The position numbers were made by a program, and so were the translations under genes. A stretch of DNA of 64,000 nt, taken from NCBI GenBank assembly GCA_037379345.1, contig CM074518.1, positions 26,412,001-26,476,000 of the forward strand, read 5' to 3'. Source of the DNA: Perna viridis (taxonomy: Eukaryota). Positions 53,110-64,000 of the stretch are shown here, one piece after another. Within the stretch, counting starts at the first letter, position 1. The number at the start of each line of letters is the position of its first letter. Below the pieces are notes generated by a model. It saw only the letters and a list, made by a program, of their open reading frames with translations. It made no database searches and had not been told where the DNA came from.

Positions 53110-53395
53110 CCCAGCGAGCAACACTGACCAATTGCAGCAGAAAGAATGACCCCGAATACAGCCAGCAGCAACTAGAATACGCCCATACTCGAGCAGCAGC
53201 AGATTGAAGCAGCAGGAAGAATGACCCCGAATACGGCCAGCAGCAGCAGAAATATTCCCAAATGTGAAAAGCAGCAGCAGAAATACCCCTTACCCCAATT
53301 ACGAGCAGCAGCAGCTGGAATACCCCCCTTATTCGAGTAGCAGTAGTAGCAGCTACATTACTGGGACAATCCAGCAGAAGCAAATACAAGTATAT
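53110..53395 (+). repeat. Degenerate CAG-rich tandem repeat (Q-rich decayed ORF)
   Basis: gcagcag.aagaatgaccccgaatac.gccagcagca occurs twice, 75 bp apart, followed by further cagcagc..gaatacccc units. Confidence 0.6.
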
Positions 53396-54589
53396 AGGAC
53401 CCATGCAACCTGGTTTATCGGACAACGATACTTTGATGACAGTGCAACACCAAGATGCTTTGATGAACGGGCTACTCCAAGACCCGTATACCACCAATGC
53501 ACTCATGTTTTCCCAAGCACGAAAGCCTGATCCCGAATGAAACTCGCAATTCAAAAACCCAGCAGATGGAAACATTTGTGGTAGACCAGCTGGAGGAAAG
53601 AAAAAAGTCGACCAGAAAACAGATGTGATACCTATAAATGGAACTGTATAGAGAGGATTTCGGAACAAAGATAGTGTGGATGTATTAAGAACGTAAAACG
53701 TACAACGTCAGAATATCAACTAGAAGTGGAAATCAGAGCGGACTATCGATGACCTTAATAAATCAAGAAAATTACAAAAGTTTAACTAGATGAATAATAT
53801 TGATATACGATGACAGAAGATTATACAATGAGAGGATGTTTCATCAAAAATAGCAGGAGCTATATGGAATGTACATTAAAAACCTAGTTCAAAGACCAGA
53901 AGTTATGTAAACCGAAGAACAGAAGGAAGAGAAGAAGCCAACGATACTGGGACGGCAAGACTACCTATAGTAAAGCAGAATCATCAGAAGATCGGATCGT
54001 GAAGTGTTATTTAAAGGGGAAGAAGAACACTGTATGGAACAGACCATTGAGTAGGACCCGGTTTTTGAAAAACAGACGACACACCGACGAATAGAACAAT
54101 GAATATGAATTGTAAATAAAATATACATGTAAAAGAAAAAAATCTTGTTGTGTAATAAAACTATTCTAAAGAAAGACCTCCTTACAAATCAGGGTAGCTC
54201 AAAACCGATAACACCTATTAAAACCGTTAGCGATAACAAACATATTTACTATCAGAGCCTCATAATACGGGTCAAAGTGTGAGTAACTTGAAAACATACT
54301 ATAGCAGTACAAAGTTCGTTATAAAAACCACATCATAAAATACTTAAACCAAAAAAAAGGGGTGTAGGAAACAATTACGAATGCAAATATGGAGAGAAAA
54401 ATAAAATTCCGTAGTTCAATTGTTTACCCCTACAACGGGTCAAATCTTGTACACGTGACATGTAAACATTGAAAGTATGAAAAAGAAATCGGTTTACCCG
54501 AAAGAGCCTCATAACACGTTCAAAGCAAATTTGGGTGTAAGTAACATACTGTAGCAGTAAAAAGTTTAAAATCCTTATAAAAAAAGAGG

Positions 54590-55092
54590 CAAACATTAAA
54601 CGGTCGTACATTATTTCAGCTATATTCAGACAATGATCATGAAATGGATGATAAAATGAACATGAAATGATAATGAAATGAAAAAGGGATGGGACACAAG
54701 GATAATAGGGTCGACAAATTTTGATTGCCTCTAGAAAAAGGGAGGGATGGGTAGGGTTGGGCAATTTAGCCACCTGTGGCGGAGCGCAAAGGTTCCTACT
54801 CCTATCGAATACCACAGTAAGGTTCTTTAACATGCGAGGAAAGTGACATCTTTCCCAACACGGTGCACCACTATGGTTTGCAGTTAGGTTTTCCGTATTA
54901 TAGCCTGACAACCCCAGCATGTAACACGCAAGGGGTACCCCATTCAACCACCTAGGGCACACATCCGAGTTGCTCAGTGGGCAGAGCGCCTAGCCCCCGG
55001 CTAGGTTTCTGAGCACTATGTAGTCGCCTTTTACGACAAGCTTAGCGCTGCTGCAGGCCTATTCTTTTGACACACGGACCTGCACGGGGCCC
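54590..55092 (-). mobile_element. SINE-like retroposon of about 500 bp, nested at the inner edge of the right TIR
   Basis: 3' part shared with 35045-35202; central gcatgttaaagaacc block; structured GC-rich 5' end. Confidence 0.65.
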
Positions 55093-58000
55093 TCACAACT
55101 GTAATGTATTCATAAAACAAAATAAAAAGCGATTAAAAATCAATACACTGGCTATTGAAATCACCAGTAAAATGGAAAGTTTCAGACGTCTGTCTAATCC
55201 GTGAGACATTTATTCTAATTACATAATCAATTGAACATCGCAAGGAGAAAATCAAATCAAAATTTAAAATCTATTCAAGTTGCCCATTCAATTTGACATT
55301 ATTACACAAAGACAATGAAATTACAATTGATTTACAAAAAAAATGATTATGAAAATGTAAAATTTAAAAAAGCGATATAGACAAAGAAAAATAATTCTTG
55401 TCAAAATACATCCCCTTTTTATACTTGCCTGTTTATAGCATACTATATAATGACACTAATTAGAACACTTAATGAGGATACCTATGGAGGTCGTTTCCCC
55501 CTCCTTCCTACATCAAAATGTCCCCATGTTTCCTTTATTGGTCATGGGTCTCCCATCTAAGTCCACTTCCTGTCCTTGACCACCGGATGTGACGTCACGC
55601 GTATGCGCATTTGGGTGCTCCATCCGGACCCGAAAAATAATAAGCGTTTCCCACATGTATACTTCTTATTTGAAAAGTCTTCTGTAATATTTCATGATGT
55701 TAATGTGTATTGTCGATAATGGATATTGAAATTACTGTAAATTCAAGAATTACCCACTAGGGGATCAAGAAATTCTAAAAACGGCGGCAATGGGCCCACT
55801 CAACTGATTTTCAATTTTATACACTTTAATCAACCAAACCTTTTGAGCATAAGGGAGCCCTTTGATCCACATATGATTCATTTAACATTTACCGTTTCCA
55901 TTTTATCGTTTAAAGCATAATAGGGTATATAAGTCTCGTCATGTGACCCCGTGATTTCACGAGAATGGGTCCTAGTCTACCATTCAAAAGCATGGAGATA
56001 AGTTATTTAGAGAGCATTGAGTCCAGTGTTAAGAGCAAAACATCTTTTTGTAAAAAATATCGATAAAAATGACAAATATCTATTTCTACATGATAAAGGC
56101 ATTAAGAAAAAACATAAAATAGAAGATTTTGCATTGTTATACAGCATTTCGTGTACCCGGAAGTAAACAATTAAATGCAGAGCGGTCTTCGGTTTTCAAT
56201 ACATTCTACGTGGGAAATTCCGGTACAGAAAAAGAAACCGGAACGAGACTTACATAGCCTATTGTAACTCTATAATATGCTAAAAAGTACTTTGATTGTA
56301 TATAATCTTGGTCAACAATTATCAACAGTCCTACGTTTTCTAAGAAACTGCTATAATTAATTATGCAAAGTAATGATAAAAATACTGCTTTTTTGTTTTA
56401 CTGCTAAGTAAAATAAGGTAGTTTCAAAATTCCCATTTATACCATAGGCCGTCCCCAATCGCGTTTTCTTGTTTATCATAGAAATATCCGATCTCCGCGA
56501 ATACTATTCCATTTAAATTATAATTATCATAGAAATATACATAAGGTGAGATTCATTTTGTTATACTTGCAAATTTAGAATTATTGTTTTTACTTGAAAT
56601 AAATCGAATTTTGGGGGGAAACACTTTTAAAACCGATTTACCCATGCTTCAGAAACGAAGTACCCACCACATGCGAAATCCTCATTCACAACTTCTATAC
56701 ATAGTTATGAATGGGAGGTTTACTAGTAAATACAAGTACTGTAACAAAACAAGTAATGAGCGTTTTGTATAATTATTCATAAATATCATATTTGAACTTG
56801 TCAGATTCAGATTTATGACGTTATATATGTCCTGTAAAAACAGTAGCACTTTCGTCTATGGACATAACATTTTGTGAGCAATTCTGCGAGTGTTTCTATA
56901 AAAGCAGAGGTCAACTAACTAGCTCTCCCTAAAATCAGATGAATGTTCAATGACGTGTACAAAGTAAGAACTATTCTGTTTTGTTATTTGATTTTGCATT
57001 TTTTTTTAATATGTTTTGTTACACTATTTTCTTTTTAGAGTCGTTTCATTTACAGTTGCTACTTTCCTATAAATACGACATATACACGTTTGTTAGTCTA
57101 AATTCCCAACTGCCTACACTACATGTTTGTCCGAAAATAATTCAAAACAGAAATCTTGTTTTCAAACCGCATACGAGTAACTAAATAAAAAATGCGCTTT
57201 TTAGCACGCTAATCTCCTTTTGAATACTAGTAATAATAACGTTATGAATATCATATCTGAATATATTAAAGATTCTAAACACATAACGTGTTAGGTAATG
57301 CATTCCGGCGCGGATCAAAAGACAGTCGTACCGGGCGAAGGCACATTCCCCAAAAATTGGGAAGAATAATTTTATTGGCATAAAATCTTGATTTTCTTGA
57401 ATTCTATATCCAAATTTATGCAGCTAATTATGACACTTTCGTTCTGTTGATTTATTTATTTTTGTTCGTTGTTGGTTATGTAGTTTACGCTCATCACAGC
57501 CGAAGATTGTACTTTTTGTTCCTTTTTTAATGTTATTGTTATTTTTAAAGGTTTCCGGTAACTATAAGATCTTAAGTTATTTACCGTGGGTGACACCAAT
57601 AAAGAAGATAGAGAGAAAGAAAATATAATTTTCGGCAATACATCCTGACAAATTCTTGAGAATTTGTCCGAACATGAACTTGATAATATTCAGTATACAT
57701 GAAACATAATACCTATTGATTGCAGTTAAAAGGTGGTATACATGCACTAGATCACCATACTCAAACTTTGTCTCAAGTCATATTCTTCCTTTGTGAAATA
57801 ATTCAGTACCAAATAAGTCATTCGCCGAGTCTACTCTACAAAGGTATGCATATCTACAAAACTTCACAAAATATCCGTGTCAAAAACACTAGTTTTAAAC
57901 GCTTTTACATTGCGCAATGCATCCTGAAAGGGAATGACTGTAACATGCTCAAATCCATGAATTTATAGACAGGTAACATTAATCGAGATATGAACTATAT

Positions 58001-59545
58001 GTCAACGTCATAAATTCAGATAAGCTATAGCCAATGGCTGTCGGACATCAGTAACTGTAATAACTCGGACAGGGCTGCTATGTTGACGCTCTGGCCTATA
58101 ATGCCAGTCCACTCACGTGGATTAAGGATGGTTTCTTATTCAAAAGTACAGTGAATGAAGACCTAAAAAGCATTATTTGTTCGGTGGGTTTTTCTACACT
58201 ATGAATCACCTCTTCATTAGGCAGTGTCTAAATTTTATGTGGACTTAAATATATAGTGTCAAAGTCAGTAGGTAGTACCACCTATGCATTTTTTTCTAGT
58301 ATATATTTTTTATTTCTATTTTAAATAGTCACTTTTTGACACAAGTAGAGTCTTTACATGAAAGTCACTTACCATTGCACTATTTTTCATACAAATAACA
58401 TTAAACTTAAAATTCCCATACAAGTAATATATAATGAAAGACAGATCGGTTGTAGTAAATGAAACATACTAAATATAAAAATACCAATCATATCAATATT
58501 CCAAATTTCGATGTGGTCTGCGCGTGGAGTAACACCTCATCAGCATCATTAGAATCAAATACAAAGGAAGGATTGAATAAAAAAAAATAAAGTACTCAAA
58601 CCCAACACTTATCGGAAAAAGAATCCTTATCCATCACCAAGAGGTTCAATCATGTGGGATATAAAGAATGTATCCTCAGTGTTTTAAGTGTTTTGAAATT
58701 TGTTATACTGCAAATTTTGATAAATAAAGTATAATATGATTCGGTGTCATACAAATCTGACTACTGGGTTAGTGAATAACTTTCACCTAGTATCAATGTC
58801 ACCCATTCGGGCTACTTTACTAAGTTAAATTTTGCTTCTATTATGCTTTCATCTATGAAACTGGCATCTTTCAGAATTTACTATTGTTTTTTTTAAACAA
58901 ATTACGTATGTTATCATCATTATCCTCATCTAGACTATGCAACAATGTGCTAATAACATTTTTAATGTTCAAATGAAATGTTCGATTGGAGTTCTTCCGT
59001 GTAGTGCTTCATTATTATGTATCATATTGAGCATGAATTCCACTTCAGCGCAAACAAGAACATTCAGGGAAGCCTTTTTGCAATTGAAATGTACTGATAC
59101 ATCGATCTTTCATCAAACATTTCTCTTGATGAAACAATTCCATAAGACTGTTGCCTTCTTCTTCCTGGAAGTTATCAAGCCATTCAAAATTCGAATTACT
59201 GTGAGTAACTTCAGCATTCAAAGCGACAAGAAGGTATGATACACATGTGTTTGTTTTTCTTTGTAACTCTTAGTCAAGGTCGTATTATCTGTTGTATCAC
59301 GTTCTTTCTTCATTTTTTGTCTGGCACACCTCCAAATTGTATTTGTATATATCGTACATACATATTTCTACAATTGAATTTTTAAATTGTTTTTTTTTAG
59401 CACAATGTTTGAATTTGCCGCGAATCCTTTGGGGTTTTTCGCTGGGCCTCCACACGATCCCGCATTCTCGTTTTGATGAGCCACGCTGCTAGTGCAAAAA
59501 TTTGATAATGGTGACAGGCTGTTTTTGTCAGCTTTGAAAGTTAAA

Positions 59546-62500
59546 TGACGACTGGAGTCGATACTCCGGGTAAACTCAAGGACCTGATAGAAGGGTTAAG
59601 ACGAGGAAAGGGCAGAAGACCCGATTAGACGACGGTGCAAATGCGGCTGACGAATCAGCCGAGGAAAATGATGTCGACGTACAACCCGGAAGCCCCAAAT
59701 CAGACGGTGCACACGATGCTGATGAAGAACTGCAGGATCTAGAAAAACAGTTGAGGGATCTCAGACTTGAAAGGAAAGGAAGAAAGCACATTTACCACAG
59801 CAAATTGAACAACAAAAAGACAGTTTGCGGACTTTGCAAGTCTCGGCGCTGAATTCCGGAATGCATTCGCTGAAGACTGGACCAACGATGTCACCTTCAC
59901 AGTTTCCTTCAAATACAGATGAGCCTATTAGCTTAGTAGATACTTCCAAAGAACAAAAAGTGCTTCAGATTTTGTCATTCATCCGTTGAGCAATTTCAAA
60001 CGTTTGCTTTGGACGGTGAAGTTGAGTTTCGCATAGACAAAAAGAAAACTTTGGATAAGGTTACAATAGAGGAGTGGGGCTACGCGAACATTAAAATCAT
60101 GCAGGAATTGGTGAAACAAAAGCGGCTAACGGACATTAATGGTTACCTCAACTATACCGCCGATATCTATCGCTTAGCCGCCCGGAATGTATGGTATTCA
60201 GTTTTGCTGTACGACAAAGAATATCGTCAAAAGCAGGCCGATGAGTTATTCGAATGGGGAACATATAGACAAGAATTGCGTGACTTTCAGTAAGTGTCAA
60301 AACGGGATAACCCAACATCTAGAGCATTCGCAGAAGCTTCCAAAGTCGCCATTAAGAGTAGAAATCCGAACCAGATTACTGATGATCGGTGGAAAGGTCC
60401 GTTTCTGCTCAATGGACGCGAGAATCTGCCAAAGCTTCAATTACAATTCATGTTATCGTGTAGATTGCAAAATGGTACATAATTGTGCAGTTTGTTTTTC
60501 TAGAGCTCACTCTGCGTTAAATGGTCACAATCAACTAATGAAAGCCAGGAAGTCCCTCAGATCGGGACTAGTTGTGGAGCCGAAGGCGACATCCGCGATT
60601 AACACACATCATTTCGAGGCTTGGTGTCGCCTATTACCAATGGAAACAGAGGACCGAGAATTTATTTTAGATGGAGTAAAAAATGCTTTCGTTTATGTAC
60701 AAAATTTGGCCTGCATTATCCAACCAATCGTGAAAATTATGCATCAGCATTCAAAGTGCGCGAAAAAGTAGAAATTCAGCTACGAAATGAGCTTGCTTTA
60801 GGAAATTATGTGATTACTAAAAAGATTCCAACAATTGTGAGCTCACTCGGGGCTGTCCCAAAACGAAATGGTGAAATACGTTTAATTCATGACGCTAGTC
60901 TAGCCGTAGGAATTTCCCTCAATTCTTATACAAGTGATACAAATTGTTCATATATGGATATGCGACACGCTATTAAACCAAATAGTTTTCTTGCAAAAGT
61001 TGACCTTAAAAGTGCGTATAGATCCGTTAAATGTCACAAGTTAGATCTTCACAGGTGTTGATGTTCCTACTTACATGTATGATTCTAAACTTCCATTTGG
61101 CCATTCGCGAAGCCAAAATATTTTTCAAATGTTGAGTGGGTCAGTTTGTAAAATTATGAAATGTGTATACAATGTAACATGTATCGCTTATCTAGACGAT
61201 TTTTTTAATTATTTCAAAAACAATGTATGATTGTAGTAGGGATTTGCTTTTATTGGTTCGCACATTGAGACAATTAGGTTTTAACATACACTATTCGAAG
61301 GTAGAAGGTCCAGCACAGCAAATAACTTTTTTAGGCATAATAATCGATACCCGTGATTTGACACTTACCATGCCAGAGCAGAAGCAACCTGAATTTTATA
61401 GCCTTCTGTTGTCCTTTGAAAAACGCAAACGTGCAAGTGTTAAACAACTTCAGTCACTTCGCGGCAAGTTAAACTGGGCTTGTCAAATGGTGAAAGGTGG
61501 TAGAACGTTCTTCAGACGTTTAATTGACGCTATTTCTAATGTAGAAAACCGCAGTGACAAAGTGTTATTATCTGCCGATTTTCATGCTGACATTTCTTTG
61601 TGGATTAAATTTATGAAGGTTTTCAATGGCGCAGTAAAATTTATGGACTCGAACAAAATCACTTCATTACAAACTGACGCGTCTTCATTAGGAGGCGCTG
61701 GCTATTACAACGGAGATTTCTTTTATGTTAATTGGTCTGTTGACTTGCCAGTTATTCAAAATGAACATATCAATATTAAAGAAACTGCTGCTGTCATCTT
61801 ATCTGTACTTCGCTGGGCACATTTATGGACAAATAAAACTGTTATAAAGTTTACGGACAATATGACGACCAAATGTATTTTGAATAAGGGGCCGTCAAAG
61901 AACAAGTGGCTGATGAGTTTACTGAGAACTTTGTTTTGATTGTCCGGTATGTATAATTTTGACATTCCTGCAAAATTTTTGAGAGGGCGTTACAACGTTA
62001 TTGCCGATGCCGCCTCACGTCTTCAGGAAGAAGGTCAATTTTCGAGACTTTATGATATATTGACTAGTTACAGTTGCATTCCATTTACGGTACATGAACT
62101 ATTAAGACATGTTTTGTTTGCCTTTTATCTTTTTAGATGGTGCAAATATGATAGCGGACTTGGAGATCGCCGTTGGACGATTGACAGGAAAGGGGTGGGC
62201 TGAATCAACAGCTGGAACGTACGCCACGCACTTGAAGACGTATCTTCAGTTTGGCGATGAGTACAAACTGCAGCCGGTACCATGTGACCAGAAGACTATT
62301 GAGATTTATATCGCATATTTAGTGAACAAGAAACATTTCGCATGTAGTCCTATTCGCTCCTACTTGAACATTATTTCTGTTTTACATACGAAAGCACGAT
62401 ATACAGGATCCTATTTCTAACTCTTGGAATATACAGCACTTACTAACGGGTGTGAAAAGAGAATTAGGAACAAGTCAATTCTGCAAAGCGCAAGTTACGC

Positions 62501-63060
62501 CGGAACTGTTATTGAATTTAAGGAACATTCCTGATTTGTCAAACCACAACAATATTGTTTTTGGGCAGCTTGTTTGACAGGGTTCTTTGGCTTTTTAAGA
62601 CCAAATAATTTCCTTGTAAAGGGAACGTTTAATCCCTACCTTCATCTTCGCAGGGTTGGTGTATTACCATGTAGCTGGGGTATGCTTTTACGTCTAAAAG
62701 TAGTTAAAACGCTTCAATTTCGTTCAAAACCAATAGAAATGGTATTGCCTTGTTTAAGTAATCATCCGTTATGTCCAGCTACAGCCATGTCTCATATATT
62801 AGCTTGAGCCGGAGATCCTCTGGACCCACCTTTTCTCTGGTCAGATAAGTCATGTTTAACATGAACTGTTTTTTTAAAAATGCCTTCCGTTTTGCTTTGC
62901 AAAATTTAAATGTAGATACGCAAGCTATGGTGGTCATTCCTTTCGCCGTGGTGCCGCTACCTGGGGCTTAAAGGCAGGTCTCTCTGACAACGAGATTAAG
63001 TTACTAGGATATTGGTCAAGTGATTGCTTCACAAGATATATAGATAGTGATGTTGATAAA
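59546..63060 (+). mobile_element. Decayed tyrosine-recombinase retrotransposon (DIRS order, Ngaro-like): gag-like ORF1, RT/RNase H, YR
   Basis: ORF1 has a coiled coil and CxxFN..C....C...H.C..C...H. RT motifs SSLGAVPK..IRLIHDAS, KVDLKSAYR, LPFG and YLDDF (about 61189). RNase H motifs TDAS, HINIKE and TDN. YR motifs FFGFLRPNN, LCPA and GHSFRRGAAT...IKLLG.WSSD..TRYI (about 62930-63045). Multiple frameshifts and stops. Confidence 0.92.
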
Positions 63061-63568
63061 CGTTTATAAGCTATTTCCTCCTTCTGTACCCTCTTACCCC
63101 GTTAAAATCGTTCTTTGGGTTTGGACTTTTTTTTATTGTATCTGTTTATCAATGCAGGGGCATGTTTGTAATTGGGGGGTTTGTTTGCTTGGGGGTACCA
63201 AGGTATTAAATTTGCCATACTTATTGCTGTGTATGTATATATATGCCTATCATAGTAGTAATCATACAAAGGTAAATGTATAAAATCGTCAGGTTTTCCT
63301 TGAAAACATTAATTGTTTTATGATTTTTGTTTGAGAATAAGTATTCCTAGTCCGTCGTACTGTAATCTGACAGTTAAAGTTAAACAGTATTAACAGAAAT
63401 TGATCAAACGTTAAAGATTAGGAAATTTCATAAATATTCCAATCCTTGCGATATCCTTTGCATATTTCTGTTTCGTTTTCTTCGCTTCTTCCATTATCTT
63501 CATATAAGATTTATATTCCTCTTCAGAGATGTATTAATCATTGTAAGCGACGATAACACTTGTGTATA

Positions 63569-63778
63569 CTGTAAACGTACTAATTTTCGTGGTGTACTAA
63601 TTTTTTGCTATTTCCGCGGTGGACAGAAAACCGCGAAAAATAGTACACGCGAAATTGATTTTTAATACAATACAATGCGAATCATTTGTTTTGAAACCGC
63701 GAAAATTGATACCCGCGAATATGTTCACTTGACAGAATCCGCGAAATTTAGCAACCACGAAAATTAATACGTTTACAG
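63569..63778. mobile_element. Tc1/mariner-type MITE with TA target duplication; decayed relatives at about 8457, 9369, 11886, 15070, 15903 and 25295
   Basis: TA|CTGTAAACGTACTAATTTTCGTGGT ... ACCACGAAAATTAATACGTTTACAG|TA. Confidence 0.9.
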
Positions 63779-63929
63779 TACTTTGTGAAGCTTGTTATTG
63801 CATTTGTTTAATTTCTATAACCAAGACATTGCCTGGTTTGTAGGATCTCTGAAAGTGCTAAACTAATAACTGGAAAGTTAATTGACATAATTAAATTGTG
63901 GTAACACGAAATAAGATAAAGCTAACTAA

Positions 63930-64000
63930 CTTCCATAGAAGAAAGAGCAATCAAGGAACCAAGATTCTAGCGGAAATCAAAAGAATGTAGTCCAAGTACA
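63930..64000 (-). mobile_element. Penelope-like 3' terminus running off the window; another copy at about 45318-45460
   Basis: gag.aatcaaggaaccaagattctagcggaaatcaaaagaatgta is the reverse complement of the family 3' end. Confidence 0.7.

Larger units (their letters stand above)
51378..55445. mobile_element. Non-autonomous element of about 4.1 kb with terminal inverted repeats of about 360 bp
   Basis: 51378-51749 is a diverged reverse complement of 55091-55445 (for example gtctcacggattagacagacg / cgtctgtctaatccgtgagac); the right end reads TAGTATGCTATAAAC on the minus strand. Confidence 0.8.

Noticed and set aside
53057-54962. Minus-strand ORFs of 203 aa and 195 aa
   Set aside because: Antisense to a CAG-rich repeat and spanning a SINE respectively; no recognisable domains.
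55450-59300. Scattered coding-like patches (for example near 58070-58190 and 58937-59239)
   Set aside because: No motif or consistent exon chain could be recognised by eye; left unannotated.

Overview
AT-rich eukaryotic genomic DNA from an invertebrate, most likely a bivalve mollusc (inferred from the repeat families and gene content). It is intron-rich and repeat-dense, and most short ORFs in the track are noise. Four protein-coding genes were reconstructed by hand from GT-AG splice sites and continuous reading phase. (1) The last two coding exons of TAF11 (+, 2181-3530). (2) A convergent CLN3/battenin-family gene of at least 13 exons (-, 8257-23293; 5' end unresolved). (3) A 4-exon gene (-, 30634-36505) for a secreted protein of about 831 aa. 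It has a SURNod19-like / type II copper-monooxygenase-like scaffold (HH, HxH and EM motifs) with a Met/His DOMON domain inserted in the middle, and is the most unusual object in the window. (4) A Mab-21/cGAS-like receptor (cGLR) exon with an intact nucleotidyltransferase motif (-, 43690-45020). The mobile DNA includes many Penelope-like RT fragments that keep a conserved 3' stem-loop, a decayed Ngaro/DIRS tyrosine-recombinase retrotransposon (about 59.5-63.1 kb), a 4.1-kb long-TIR element carrying a degenerate TTAGGG array, MITEs, SINEs and a LINE remnant. Three palindromes cluster at 26.4-27.4 kb. Two CLN3 splice acceptors have been tandemly duplicated. Family assignments come from recalled motifs, not from searches.
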